A stretch of DNA of 64,000 nt from Vicinamibacterales bacterium (GCA_036268855.1 DATATJ010000173.1:30237-94236); one strand, 5' to 3'. Counted from the first letter of the stretch, positions 43,339 to 53,354 are shown. Numbers and translations are program-made. Notes: generated from the sequence alone by a model not told the origin.

Positions 43339-44025
43339 TCAATCAGGGGTGTCGAGCTTCAAGGCTCCGGTATAGATCGCCATGCCGACGACGGCGTCCA
43401 CGCCGCGAGCGTCGAGATCGTCGATTTCCTGCTGGGTGGTGATGCCGCCGGCGGCGGTCACCCGGCGCGTGGTCGCGTCGCGAACGGCCAGAATCGCCGC
43501 CAGGTTCGTCCCGCCCATGAGCCCCTCGGCGTCCACGTGCGTGTAGAGAAACTCGCCGCAGTACGGCTCCAGGGCGCGGACGGCCTCGACAGCGGTCAGC
43601 GACAGTTGCGTCTTCCAGCCGTGGATCACGACGCGGCCGCCGCGGCTGTCGACCGCGGCGATCACGCGGTCGCCGCCGACGGCATCGGCGAGTCCTTTCG
43701 CGAACGTCAGATCGGGCTGGCCGTCTTTGAAGAGCGCGGACCCCGCGATGATCTGCTGCGCGCCGGCTGCCAGCACGTCCCGCGCGCGCGCGAACGTGCG
43801 GATGCCACCGCCGACGCGGCACGACAAGGCAGCTGCGATCTCGCGAACGAGCGGGAGATTGTCGCCCGCGCCCATCGCCGCGTCGAGGTCGATCACCTGC
43901 ACCTTGGGAAACCGCGCGAAGCGCCGCACCCAGCGATGAACATCCGCGTCCCTGATCGCCAGCCGCTCGCCCTGGACGAGCTGCACGACGGCGCCGCTCT
44001 GAAGATCGATTGACGGAATCAGCAT
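43339..44025 (-). CDS. hisA: ProFAR isomerase HisA
   Basis: MLIPSIDLQSGAVVQLVQGE...VGGGIRT...GGITTQQEIDDL. ATG 44025 is preferred over the track's TTG at 44037. Confidence 0.8.
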   Translation of the reverse strand: MLIPSIDLQSGAVVQLVQGERLAIRDADVHRWVRRFARFPKVQVIDLDAAMGAGDNLPLVREIAAALSCRVGGGIRTFARARDVLAAGAQQIIAGSALFKDGQPDLTFAKGLADAVGGDRVIAAVDSRGGRVVIHGWKTQLSLTAVEAVRALEPYCGEFLYTHVDAEGLMGGTNLAAILAVRDATTRRVTAAGGITTQQEIDDLDARGVDAVVGMAIYTGALKLDTPD

Positions 44026-44050
44026 CTCGTTATCCAACGATCATGTGCGA

Positions 44051-44120
44051 ACCATGAAGGACACGAAGGCACGAAACGATTCTTGTACGCGATTCCTTCG
44101 TGAGCTTCGTGACTTCGTGG
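44051..44120. repeat. REP-like hairpin of the CACGAAG family, between hisF and hisA
   Basis: Left arm ACCATGAAGGACACGAAGGCACGAAACG. Right arm CCTTCGTGAGCTTCGTGACTTCGTGG. It fills the hisF-hisA intercistronic gap. Confidence 0.75.
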
Positions 44121-44900
44121 TTAAAGACGCACGGGAATGCCGCGCTGCCGCAGGTACTGCTTCAGCGATCGCACGCTCGTCTCGGCATAGTGGAAAATCG
44201 AGGCGGCGAGCGCCGCGTCGGCGCGGCCGGCGGTAAACACGTCGACGAAGTGGTCGAACCCTCCCGCGCCGCCGGAGGCAATGACGGGAATCGAGACAGC
44301 TGCGCTCACAGCCGCCGTCATCACCTCGTCGAAGCCCGCCTTGGTGCCGTCGCGATCGATCGACGTGAGCAGGACTTCTCCGGCGCCATGCGCCTCGGCA
44401 TCTCGGGCCCACTCCGTCGCGTCGCGACCTGTGCCGGCCTGGCCGCTGCGCGAGTACACGAGGAAGCGCTCTTCGTCACGGCCTGCCATCGCGTGCGCCG
44501 GCCGTTTCGCATCGATGGCGACGATCACCGCTTGACTGCCGTAGCGCCTGGCCAGCGCGGTAATCAGCGCCGGGCGCTCGAGCGCCGCGGTGTTGAGGCT
44601 CACCTTGTCGGCTCCCGCGTCGAACGCGGTCGCCGCATCATCCTCGGTGCGAATGCCTCCGCCGACCGTGAGCGGGATGAACAGCTCGCGCGCCACAGCG
44701 CGAATCGTCTCGGCCATGGCGCGGCGCCCCTCGAGGGTCGCGGTCACGTCCAGGATGACGAGCTCGTCGATCCCTTCGTCGTTGTAGCGGCGCGCCAGGG
44801 CCGCCGGATCTCCCGCCGTGCGCAGCCCCTCGAAGTTCACGCCCTTGACGACGTGGCCGTCGCGCACGTCGAGGCAGGCGATGATGCGCTTAGACAGCAT
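44121..44900 (-). CDS. hisF: imidazole glycerol phosphate synthase cyclase subunit HisF
   Basis: Start at [27 protein letters not shown]. Contains [11 protein letters not shown] and IASGGAG motifs. Confidence 0.95.
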   Translation of the reverse strand: MLSKRIIACLDVRDGHVVKGVNFEGLRTAGDPAALARRYNDEGIDELVILDVTATLEGRRAMAETIRAVARELFIPLTVGGGIRTEDDAATAFDAGADKVSLNTAALERPALITALARRYGSQAVIVAIDAKRPAHAMAGRDEERFLVYSRSGQAGTGRDATEWARDAEAHGAGEVLLTSIDRDGTKAGFDEVMTAAVSAAVSIPVIASGGAGGFDHFVDVFTAGRADAALAASIFHYAETSVRSLKQYLRQRGIPVRL

Positions 44901-44938
44901 CGGAAGCTCCGCGGCGCCTGGGTCCCTGTTGCGGCACG

Positions 44939-45535
44939 TCAGCCAGCGAGCTGCACGAAGTTGCGCAGGATGCGGAGGCCGGCCTCGCCCGACTTTTCCG
45001 GATGGAACTGCACGCCCGCGACCTGGCCGCGCTGCACGACAGCCGCAAACGGCTCGCCGTGTACCGTGACCGCGACGGTGTCGCCGGTCACGGGCGCGGC
45101 GTAACTGTGCGTGAAGTACATCTGCGTGTCCTGGGGGACGCCGTCCACGATGGAGGTCTCCAACCGCAGATTGAGCGAGTTCCATCCTACGTGCGGAATC
45201 TTCACGCCGGCCGACGGCAGCCGGATGCACGAGCCGCCCAGCAGTCCGAGGCCGGGAAGGTCGGGCGCTTCTTCACTCCCCTCGAACAGCCACTGCATCC
45301 CGAGGCAGATGCCGAGGATCGGCCGCCCTTCGCCGAGGCGGGCCACAATCGCCTCGGTCCAGGCCCCCTGGAGCGCGCGCGTGGCTTCGAAGTTGCCGAC
45401 GCCCGGTACGACGATCGCCGTCGCCTGCTCGAGATCCGCCGGGTCCGACGGCACGAGCACGTCCGCGCCGATGGCGGCGAACGCCTTGCGCACCGACGTC
45501 AGATTGCCCGCGCCGTAGTCGATCAGCGCAATCAC
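44939..45535 (-). CDS. hisH: imidazole glycerol phosphate synthase glutaminase subunit HisH
   Basis: 198 aa. [15 protein letters not shown]...GICLGMQ (catalytic Cys). Confidence 0.95.
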   Translation of the reverse strand: MIALIDYGAGNLTSVRKAFAAIGADVLVPSDPADLEQATAIVVPGVGNFEATRALQGAWTEAIVARLGEGRPILGICLGMQWLFEGSEEAPDLPGLGLLGGSCIRLPSAGVKIPHVGWNSLNLRLETSIVDGVPQDTQMYFTHSYAAPVTGDTVAVTVHGEPFAAVVQRGQVAGVQFHPEKSGEAGLRILRNFVQLAG

Positions 45536-46107
45536 AACAGGCCCTTGGTGGACGGGAGCATCTTCGCGAGCCGTTTGTCCCGCGCGCAGGCGACGCGAAG
45601 CGCGCGCGCGAAGGCCTTGAACACCGCTTCGATTCGATGATGGCTCGATCGCCCGTACATCACCTTGACGTGTACATTCGCCCGGGCGCCGATCGCGAAG
45701 CCCTCGAAGAAGTCGTGCACCAGCTCGGTCTGCAGATCGCCGACGCGCGCCGCGCGGACCTTCAGATCGACGACCGCGTGCGGGCGGCCGCCGAGGTCCA
45801 CCGCCGCAATCGCGAGCGTCTCGTCCATCGGCATCAGGAAGTAGCCCGCCCGGTTGATGCCGCGCCGCGTGCCGAGCGCTGCCGAGACGCCTTCGCCGAG
45901 CGCGATGCCGAGATCCTCCACGGTATGGTGCTGATCGACGTCGAGATCACCTGCCGCCTGCACCACGAGGTCGAACGCTCCGTGGCGGGCGAATAGCTCG
46001 AGCATGTGGTCGAGAAACCGGATGCCCGTGCGGACGTCGTAGCGGCCGGTGCCGTCGAGCCGGATCGTCAGCGCGATCTGCGTCTCGGTCGTCCGCCGAT
46101 CGATCAC
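45532..46107 (-). CDS. hisB: imidazoleglycerol-phosphate dehydratase HisB (monofunctional)
   Basis: GTG start at 46107 overlaps the hisC stop (GTGA). [10 protein letters not shown]...[13 protein letters not shown]...[14 protein letters not shown]. Confidence 0.9.
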   Translation of the reverse strand: MIDRRTTETQIALTIRLDGTGRYDVRTGIRFLDHMLELFARHGAFDLVVQAAGDLDVDQHHTVEDLGIALGEGVSAALGTRRGINRAGYFLMPMDETLAIAAVDLGGRPHAVVDLKVRAARVGDLQTELVHDFFEGFAIGARANVHVKVMYGRSSHHRIEAVFKAFARALRVACARDKRLAKMLPSTKGLL

Positions 46108-47147
46108 CGCGCGGCGCACAGCACCTCGTCCATCGCGGCGATGCAGCGCTGCGTGTGCGAGACGATGCCGGTGCCGATGCGGATGCAGCCGTCGCAGCCG
46201 GGCTCCGTCGAGCGATCGCGGATGTAGACGCCGCGCGCCCGGGCGCCTTCCACGAGGTCGGCGGTCCGATCGCCAGCGTGCACGAGCACGAAGTTCGAGC
46301 CGCTGGTCCAGTATCGGAGCCCGAGCCGATCGCACGCCGCGTACATCAACGCCTTGGACGCTTTCACTTGCTCGAGGTACTGAGCGAGAAATTCCGTATC
46401 GGCGAGTGCGGCCTGCACCGCCGCGACCGCGGCGATGTTGACGCTGTAGACCGGAATGGCGTGCCGGATCGGATCGAGCGCGGCCGGCGCGCCCACCAGG
46501 CAGCCGATGCGCAGGCCCGCCAGGCCGTACGCCTTTGAGAAGGTGCGCCCGACGATCACGTTGGGATGCGACGCGAGCTGCGGCAGGAACGTGACGCCAG
46601 AAAACTCCGCATACGCTTCGTCCACGAAGACGACCGCCTCTTTCGGCAGACGGGTGGCGATCGTGTGGATCGCGTCGAGCGGCATCATCACGCCGGTGGG
46701 GTTGTTCGGATTCGTCAGGAAGACGACGCGCGTGTTCGGCGTGATCGCGGCCAGCACCTGGTCGAGCGGAAAGCGGAACTCCGGCCGCGGCGGAATCTGC
46801 ACGAGCCGTCCGCCCGCCACGGCGGTGTCGAACCGGTAAATCTCGAAGGCCGGTTCGGGCACGATGGCTTCGGGTACCGGGCCGTTCCTCGAGGGCCGGA
46901 GGTACGACACGGCCAGCGCCATGATGCCCTCGTCGAGGCCGTTGGTCAGCGCGAGGCGATCCGCGTCCACGCCGAAGTGGCGCGCGATCATCTCGGTGGC
47001 CGCCGCGTACGGCGGATAGAAGCCGATTTGATCCGGCCGCAGGCGTGCGAGCGCCTCGATCACCTTGGGCGAGCAGCCCCCGGTGTTTTCGTTCTGGTGG
47101 AGGCGGAGGCCGTCGTAGAGCTCAGCGGGTTTCTGATATTGCGTCAT
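46104..47147 (-). CDS. hisC: histidinol-phosphate aminotransferase HisC
   Basis: Start at [21 protein letters not shown] (ATGA overlap with hisD). [14 protein letters not shown] contains the PLP lysine. Confidence 0.9.
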   Translation of the reverse strand: MTQYQKPAELYDGLRLHQNENTGGCSPKVIEALARLRPDQIGFYPPYAAATEMIARHFGVDADRLALTNGLDEGIMALAVSYLRPSRNGPVPEAIVPEPAFEIYRFDTAVAGGRLVQIPPRPEFRFPLDQVLAAITPNTRVVFLTNPNNPTGVMMPLDAIHTIATRLPKEAVVFVDEAYAEFSGVTFLPQLASHPNVIVGRTFSKAYGLAGLRIGCLVGAPAALDPIRHAIPVYSVNIAAVAAVQAALADTEFLAQYLEQVKASKALMYAACDRLGLRYWTSGSNFVLVHAGDRTADLVEGARARGVYIRDRSTEPGCDGCIRIGTGIVSHTQRCIAAMDEVLCAAR

Positions 47148-48403
47148 GGCTGGGACCGAACGGTTGTTGAGGGCTGCATCCGGATCTCGATCGATTCCGC
47201 GTGCGCGGCGAGCCCTTCGGCGCGCGCGAGCGGGAGGATCGTTGGCGCGAGGCGCGCCAGGCCCGTGCGCGTCACGCGCTGCACGGACATCACGCGCACG
47301 AAGTCGGCGGCGCCGAGCCCGCCGCGAAACCGCGCGGCGCCCCCTGTCGGCAGCACGTGGTTCGAGCCGATCGCGTAGTCGCCGGCGGCCTGCGCGCTGA
47401 ACGGGCCCACGAACACCGATCCGGCAGTGAGCGGACGCCGCGTCAGCGTTTCGCGATCGACGACGAGATGCTCCGGCGCCATGCGGTTGGCGAGCGCCAT
47501 CGCTTCGTCTGCCGTGCCGGTGACGACGATCGCGCCGTGGGCGGCGAGCGAGCGTTCGGCGATCTCGCCGCGGTCGTGCGACGCCACCGCCTCCGCCACG
47601 CGCGTCGCCAGCGACCGGTTCCACGTGATGAACACCGCGCGCGCGTCGGGATCGTGCTCGGCCTGCGCGGCCAGATCCGCGGCGATCCAGCTGGCGCGGC
47701 CGGCGCCCGCCACGACGACGATTTCGGTCGGCCCGGCGTAGAAGTCGATCGCGCAGTCGGCGGCGACGATCGCCTTGGCGACGGCGACGTAGCGGTTGCC
47801 GGGGCCGACGATTTTATCCACCCGCGGCACGGTGGCCGTGCCGTAGGCCAGCGCCGCGATCGCGTGCGCGCCTCCCACACGGAAGAGCCGCGACACTCCC
47901 GCCTCGAGGGCGGCCGCCATCACGGCCGGCTCCGGCCGGGGGCAGACGACGACGATGTCGCGCACGCCGGCCACACGCGCGGGGACGACCGTCATCAGCA
48001 AAGACGAGGGCAGCGGAAACCGTCCGCCCGGCACGTAGCAGCCGACGCTGGCGATCGGCTCGATGCGCTGCTCGACGGTCACCCCCGGCGCGATCGGCAG
48101 GTCGAAGTGCTTCGGCATCTGGCGCGCCGCCACGCGCGCGATATTCCGCGCGGCCGTGCGCAGCGCGCGGCAGACTTCGGCCCCCGCCAGCGACGCCTGC
48201 TGCCGCATCTCCGCTTGCGTCACCTCGAGCGGCGGTGTCACGTTGTCGAAGCGCTGGGCGAATCCGGCCAGCGCCGCGTCGCCGCCGACGCGCACGCGGT
48301 CCACGATGCCGCGGACGCGCCGCTCGAACGTGCGGTCCACGTCGGCGCCGTGCGCCAGGAGATCGGCAATCGCGCGTCGATTGTTCGCCTCGATGATCTT
48401 CAC
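47144..48403 (-). CDS. hisD: histidinol dehydrogenase HisD
   Basis: 419 aa, typical HisD blocks (e.g. YVPGGRFPLPSSLLM, DFYAGPTEI). Confidence 0.95.
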   Translation of the reverse strand: MKIIEANNRRAIADLLAHGADVDRTFERRVRGIVDRVRVGGDAALAGFAQRFDNVTPPLEVTQAEMRQQASLAGAEVCRALRTAARNIARVAARQMPKHFDLPIAPGVTVEQRIEPIASVGCYVPGGRFPLPSSLLMTVVPARVAGVRDIVVVCPRPEPAVMAAALEAGVSRLFRVGGAHAIAALAYGTATVPRVDKIVGPGNRYVAVAKAIVAADCAIDFYAGPTEIVVVAGAGRASWIAADLAAQAEHDPDARAVFITWNRSLATRVAEAVASHDRGEIAERSLAAHGAIVVTGTADEAMALANRMAPEHLVVDRETLTRRPLTAGSVFVGPFSAQAAGDYAIGSNHVLPTGGAARFRGGLGAADFVRVMSVQRVTRTGLARLAPTILPLARAEGLAAHAESIEIRMQPSTTVRSQP

Positions 48404-48454
48404 ATTCAGCCTGTCTGCCTGCCTGCCCGCGGTTCCGTCGGCCCCACGCCGCCG

Positions 48455-49342
48455 CTACAGCACAATCTTGTTCAGCGGGTATTCGACGATGCCCTCGGCC
48501 TGCGCCGCCTTGAGCCGCGGAATCAGATCGCGGACGGTCCGTTCCTCGATGATCGTGTTGACGGCCACCCATTCCTCGTCGCTGAGCGCCGAAATCGTCG
48601 GCCGCTGCAGCGCCGGGAGCAGGGCGAGGACGTTCGCCAGGTCGGCCCGGCGGACGTTCAGCATCATACCGACGCGTCCCTGCGCTTCGATGGCGGCCTT
48701 GAGCAGCAGCGCGATGTTCTCGATCTTCGTGCGCTTCCACTCGTCGGCCAGCGCATCGTGATTGGCCACCAGCTGGGTGTTCGACTCCATCACCGTGTCC
48801 AGGATGCGCAGGCGGTTGGCGCGCAGCGACGAGCCCGTTTCGGTCACCTCCACGATGGCATCGGCGAGCGTCGGCGGCTTCACTTCGGTCGCGCCCCAGG
48901 AGAACTCCACGTTGACGCCCACGCCGTGCGATGCGAAGTACGCCTTCGCGACCCGTACGAGCTCGGTCGCCACCGTTTTGCCGTCGAGATCAGCCGCCGA
49001 GCGGATCGGCGAGTCTTCCGGGGCGGCGAGCACCCAGCGCACCTTGCCGAAGCTCTGCTTCGCGTACACCAGATCGGCAACGCTCGTGAGTACCCCCGTG
49101 CGGCCGTCGCCCAGTTCGTGCTCGGCAATCCAGTCCTGGCCGGTGAGCCCCGCATCGAGCACGCCATCGGAGACGTAGCGCGCCATCTCCTGTGCGCGAA
49201 TCAGCATGCACTCGACCTCGGGGTCGTCGATGGCGGGGAAATACGAGCGCGAGCTCACGTAGATGTTGAACCCGGCGCGTGCGAACAGATGGACGGTCGC
49301 CTCCTGCAGCGAGCCTTTCGGGATGCCGAGCTTGAGTTTCAT
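48455..49342 (-). CDS. hisG: ATP phosphoribosyltransferase HisG, long form with regulatory domain
   Basis: Start at [20 protein letters not shown]. About 295 aa. Confidence 0.9.
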   Translation of the reverse strand: MKLKLGIPKGSLQEATVHLFARAGFNIYVSSRSYFPAIDDPEVECMLIRAQEMARYVSDGVLDAGLTGQDWIAEHELGDGRTGVLTSVADLVYAKQSFGKVRWVLAAPEDSPIRSAADLDGKTVATELVRVAKAYFASHGVGVNVEFSWGATEVKPPTLADAIVEVTETGSSLRANRLRILDTVMESNTQLVANHDALADEWKRTKIENIALLLKAAIEAQGRVGMMLNVRRADLANVLALLPALQRPTISALSDEEWVAVNTIIEERTVRDLIPRLKAAQAEGIVEYPLNKIVL

Positions 49343-49376
49343 GCGTGACGAACGCTCTCCACCACCGAAGTGGCCG

Positions 49377-49697
49377 CTAGTTGGTGTCCTCGAGCGCTCG
49401 ATAGAAACACGTGCGCTGCCCGGTGTGACAGACATTCCCGTCGCCATGCCGCTTCACCTTGAGCAGCACGGTATCTTCGTCGCAATCGACGAGCGCCTCG
49501 ATCACTTCGAGCCTGTTGCCCGAGGTCTCGCCCTTCGTCCACAGCGTGTTGCGCGTGCGGCTGAAAAAGGTCGCGAAGCCGGTGCGCCGCGTCTCGGCGA
49601 GCGCCACCTCGTTCATGAAGCCGACCATCAGGACCTCGCTGGTGTCTGCGTCCTGAATCACGGCGGGAATCAAGCCGTCGAGCTTTGAATAGTCCAT
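49377..49697 (-). CDS. hisI: phosphoribosyl-AMP cyclohydrolase HisI (monofunctional, no HisE fusion)
   Basis: 106 aa. [21 protein letters not shown]...WTKGETSGN...[11 protein letters not shown]...CHTG. Confidence 0.95.
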   Translation of the reverse strand: MDYSKLDGLIPAVIQDADTSEVLMVGFMNEVALAETRRTGFATFFSRTRNTLWTKGETSGNRLEVIEALVDCDEDTVLLKVKRHGDGNVCHTGQRTCFYRALEDTN

Positions 49698-49728
49698 AAA
49701 ATAAAAAACCCCGCCATCCGGGGCGGGG
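49698..49728 (-). terminator. intrinsic terminator hairpin of the his attenuator (CCCCGCC-CCGGAT-GGCGGGG followed by TTTTTTATTTT)
   Basis: 7-bp GC stem (49722-49728 with 49709-49715) plus a U-tract (49698-49708) that abuts the hisI ATG. Confidence 0.75.
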
Positions 49729-49758
49729 TTGCTGGTCGTTCGGGTTTCGCGTCAGACC

Positions 49759-49833
49759 CTAGATTGCGTGCAACTCCGCCGGCTCGCAGCCGCGGCTGAA
49801 ATGGTGGAGCACGTGATGGTGGCGCGGAAACAT
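49759..49833 (-). CDS. putative his-operon leader peptide, 24 aa (MFPRHHHVLHHFSRGCEPAELHAI)
   Basis: Hand translation: ATG TTT CCG CGC CAC CAT CAC GTG CTC CAC CAT TTC ... ATC TAG. Five His in seven consecutive codons. Located between the promoter-like hexamers and the terminator. Confidence 0.6.
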   Translation of the reverse strand: MFPRHHHVLHHFSRGCEPAELHAI

Positions 49834-49843
49834 GTCGCTGAAG

Positions 49844-49873
49844 AGCCTACCTGTACACGTTCGGCCGCGTCAA
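49844..49873 (-). promoter_or_regulatory. candidate his promoter (TTGACG-18 nt-TAGGCT on the - strand)
   Basis: TTGACG at 49873-49868, immediately after the MFS TAG stop. TAGGCT at 49849-49844, 10 nt before the leader ATG. Confidence 0.4.
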
Positions 49874-51157
49874 CTAGGCCGGCAGCGCCTGCCCTCGTGT
49901 TTCTTCGCCGAATGGCAGCAGCGCCAGGCCGATCAGGAACGCGATCGACGTGAAGGCGACCGGCGTACCGATCGTGTGGTAGTACGCCACGCCCGCGCCG
50001 ACCAGAAACGTGATGCCCGCTCCCGCAAAGCGGCCGACCGACGTCGCGAACGCGAACGCGCTCGCCCGGCACTCGGTCGAGTACTGCTCCGGCAGCCACA
50101 GCGTGTACATCGCGAAGTTCGCCCCGCCGACGCCGAGGAAAAACAGGCAGACCATGAACCACGACAGCGCGTTGGCGTCGAGATAGAAGACGTAGCCGAA
50201 GCCGAGCGCGATCGACACGAACATCAGGACGAAGTACAGGCCGAGCGTCACGCGCCGGCCAACCGATTCGGCGATCGGCGGCAGCACCACGCAGCCGAGG
50301 ATCGTGCCAATCGAGAGGACGATCGTGCCATACGACGCGAGCCTCGCGGCGTCCGGAGCCGACCGCCCGCCGCGCAGGGCGAGCTGCGTGACCGAGGTCG
50401 GCACGTACACCGATCCAGCCCAGAGACCGACGATCGAGACGAGCAGGTACACGGAGTTCAGCACGGTCCGCCGCGCATATCGCGGCGAGAACAACGCCAT
50501 GAACGCCGCGCCCATCGTCGGCCGCTGCCGCCGCTCCTCGACGCGCGTCCGCCATGCGGCCGATTCGTGCACGCCGTACCGAATGAAGGTGACGAGCAGC
50601 GCCGGAGCGCCCCCGATGGCGAACATCACGCGCCAGCCGTACCGGGCGCCGACGACGTAGTTGGCGATCGCGGCGAGGAAAAAGCCGAAATAGTAGCCGG
50701 TGTGCATGTAGCCGGCGCCGGCGGCGCGGCGATCTTCCGGCCATTCCTCGGCGACGAAGGTGCCGCCCATCGACCATTCGCCGCCGATGCCGATGCCGGC
50801 GAACAGGCGCAGCACGGCCAGCTGCCAGACGGTGGAGACCACGGCACACAGGAACGTGAACAGCGAGTAGCAGAGGATCGTGAACGTCAGCGTGCGGACG
50901 CGGCCGAAGCGATCGGCGATCGGTCCCCACACCATCGAGAGGCCCCAGCCGACGAGGAACAGGGCGAACAGGACGCTGCCGTAGTAGCCGATGTTGCCTG
51001 GCGTCGCCGCCAGCCCGGACTTCGGCAGCAGCTCGGTGAGCGCCGGGGCGAGGACCAGCGCGTAGATGAAGGAGTCCATGCCGTCGAGCGCCCAGCCGGC
51101 CCACGCCGCCCAGAACCCGCGTACCTGATTTCGTGTGAGCTGCGACCGTGTCGTCAT
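49874..51157 (-). CDS. MFS transporter
   Basis: 427 aa, 12 predicted TM segments. Contains the GPIADRFGRVRT motif typical of MFS loop 2-3. Confidence 0.85.
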   Translation of the reverse strand: MTTRSQLTRNQVRGFWAAWAGWALDGMDSFIYALVLAPALTELLPKSGLAATPGNIGYYGSVLFALFLVGWGLSMVWGPIADRFGRVRTLTFTILCYSLFTFLCAVVSTVWQLAVLRLFAGIGIGGEWSMGGTFVAEEWPEDRRAAGAGYMHTGYYFGFFLAAIANYVVGARYGWRVMFAIGGAPALLVTFIRYGVHESAAWRTRVEERRQRPTMGAAFMALFSPRYARRTVLNSVYLLVSIVGLWAGSVYVPTSVTQLALRGGRSAPDAARLASYGTIVLSIGTILGCVVLPPIAESVGRRVTLGLYFVLMFVSIALGFGYVFYLDANALSWFMVCLFFLGVGGANFAMYTLWLPEQYSTECRASAFAFATSVGRFAGAGITFLVGAGVAYYHTIGTPVAFTSIAFLIGLALLPFGEETRGQALPA

Positions 51158-51206
51158 CGGGCGTGATTATCGTCTAGAAGGCGCGGCGCTCGGCTACACT
51201 GCGGCC

Positions 51207-53354
51207 ATGCGCCCATCTTTCTCGACCGAGAGGCTCGTGTGCTCGCCCGGAATCAGACGGCGCCTCACGCTTGCACGCGCCTGCCAGGCCGGTGTGATCG
51301 CCGCAGTCGCGGTCGCGGTCATTGCGCCGCTCGGGGCGCAGCGGGCTCCGACGCTCCCGGCCGAGACCCTGCTCGATCGCGCGGTGCTCGACGCGCTCGA
51401 TCAAGAGCTGTCGGGCGTGGCGGCAAAGGACCATGTGTCGCACCTGGCGCAGATGCATCGGGTTCCGGCGTCTCCGGGCTTTCACGAAGCGATCGAATAT
51501 GTGATGGGCCGGGCCAAGACGTTTGGCCTCCACGACGTCCACATCGAGACGTTTCCGGGCGACGGCGAAACCTGGTTCGGCACGCTCCACGGCAACCGCG
51601 GCTGGCGCGTCGACGGGGGCACGCTCGATGAAGTGCAGCCGCAGCCGCGGCGCATCATCTCGTTCGACGACGTGCGGCTGGCGGTGGCGGACAACAGCGA
51701 GAGCGGCGATGTCACGGCAGAGCTCGTGGACGCGGGTAGCGGCGCCCGGGCCGCCGACTACGAGGGCAAAGACGTGCGCGGCAAGCTGGTACTGTGCGAT
51801 GCCACGCCTGGCGTGTGCCATCGGCTGGCGGTGGAGGAGCGCGGCGCCAAGGGGCTCGTCAGCTACAACTCGAATCAGCCGAGCGCCTGGTGGCGCGACG
51901 ACCAGGACCTGATTCGCTGGGGTCACCTGGATGCGCGGGGGCGGAGGAACACCTTCGCGATCATGATCTCGCTGCGCGACGCACGCGCTCTTCAGCAGCG
52001 GCTTGCCCGCGGCGAGCACATCACGCTGCACGCCGTCGTCAAGGCGCACAACGACGATGCGTCGCCGTACGAGACGCTCGTGGCGACGATTCCCGGCTCC
52101 GACCCCGCCGCAGGCGACATCGTCTTCAGCTGCCACCTCGATCACCAGAAACCGGGGGCGAACGACAACGCGAGCGGATGCTCGGCGAACCTCGAGATCG
52201 CGCGGACGTTGCAGACACTGATCGACGCGAAGCGCATCCCGCCGCCCGCGCGGACGATCCGCTTCATCTGGCCGTCGGAAATGACGGGGACGATCGCCTA
52301 CCTGACGAAGTATCCGGAGATCGCCGGCCGCATCCGCGCAGCGGTGCACCTGGACATGGTGGGCGGCGATCCGTTCATCACCAAATCGGTTCTCCACGTC
52401 ACACGATCCCCGTGGTCGATCGCGACGGTCACCGACGACGTGGAGGAAGTGTTCGGGCGATACGTGATCGACGGCGCGTTCCGCGCGGCGGGCGACGGCG
52501 ACATGACGCACGCGATTCGATCGCAGTCTGGCTCCAAAGATGCGTTCTGGGCCGACATTACGCCGTACGAGAGCGGCAGCGATCACTGGATCTACCAGGA
52601 GGGGGGCTTCGCGATTCCGTCGATCTACCTGCGCGATCACCCGGACATCTACATCCACACGAACAAGGATCTCCCGGACAACATCGAGCCGACCAAGATC
52701 AAGCGCTCGGCGTTCATCGCCGCCGCCAGTGGCTACTACCTGGCGACGATGCCGGATCGCGGAGCGTCGCTCATCGCCTTGAGCTACGCGAACGCCCAGC
52801 AGCGGCTTGCCGAGGACGGACGCCGCGCCGTGGCGCTGGCGGCGGATGCCACGCAGACGCGCGAGGCGACCAACATCGTCGCGCAGGGCGTGCTGCGCGA
52901 GCAGCGGCGGCTGGCGTCCGTGTCGCGGTTCGTGGCGGGAGGCGCGCCTCCGCGCGTGGCGACATTGAGTGCGTCGCTGGCCGAGACGGGGAAGGGCTTG
53001 CTGCTCACGTTTCTTCCGGGAGCGGAGGCGCAGCGCGTGCAGTCGGCGGGCTTCCACTTGCCGTCGAGCGATCCGCGCGTGCCTGTGCGGAACGGATCGA
53101 TCAAAGGTCCGTTGGCGCCGGAAGGCGACTGGGTGATCGCCAACGCCGGGCCAGACGCGGGGAAGGTGGCGATCGCGCGCGTGCCGGGCAGCGACGACGT
53201 CACCTACGAGCTCGTCAACTTCATCGACGGCGTCCGCACCGTCGGCGAGATCCGCGATGCCGTCAGCGCAGAGCTCGGTCCGGTCGAGCTGAAGGCGGTC
53301 GCCGAATACTTTGACGTGCTGGCGAAGGCGGGCGCTGTTACGTTCAGGAGATGA
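51207..53354 (+). CDS. M28-family metallopeptidase, multidomain
   Basis: Start at MRPSFSTERL. Zn-ligand region CHLDHQKPGANDNASGCSANLEIARTL and HLDMVGG. TACACT lies 6 nt upstream of the ATG. Confidence 0.8.
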   Translation: MRPSFSTERLVCSPGIRRRLTLARACQAGVIAAVAVAVIAPLGAQRAPTLPAETLLDRAVLDALDQELSGVAAKDHVSHLAQMHRVPASPGFHEAIEYVMGRAKTFGLHDVHIETFPGDGETWFGTLHGNRGWRVDGGTLDEVQPQPRRIISFDDVRLAVADNSESGDVTAELVDAGSGARAADYEGKDVRGKLVLCDATPGVCHRLAVEERGAKGLVSYNSNQPSAWWRDDQDLIRWGHLDARGRRNTFAIMISLRDARALQQRLARGEHITLHAVVKAHNDDASPYETLVATIPGSDPAAGDIVFSCHLDHQKPGANDNASGCSANLEIARTLQTLIDAKRIPPPARTIRFIWPSEMTGTIAYLTKYPEIAGRIRAAVHLDMVGGDPFITKSVLHVTRSPWSIATVTDDVEEVFGRYVIDGAFRAAGDGDMTHAIRSQSGSKDAFWADITPYESGSDHWIYQEGGFAIPSIYLRDHPDIYIHTNKDLPDNIEPTKIKRSAFIAAASGYYLATMPDRGASLIALSYANAQQRLAEDGRRAVALAADATQTREATNIVAQGVLREQRRLASVSRFVAGGAPPRVATLSASLAETGKGLLLTFLPGAEAQRVQSAGFHLPSSDPRVPVRNGSIKGPLAPEGDWVIANAGPDAGKVAIARVPGSDDVTYELVNFIDGVRTVGEIRDAVSAELGPVELKAVAEYFDVLAKAGAVTFRR

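Noticed and set aside
49709-49728. Reading the GC hairpin plus U-tract simply as the terminator of the upstream MFS gene.
   Set aside because: It may also serve that role. But it lies about 145 nt past the MFS stop and abuts hisI. Its 5' arm has a 10/11 alternative partner inside a His-codon mini-ORF. The attenuator reading explains more of the sequence.
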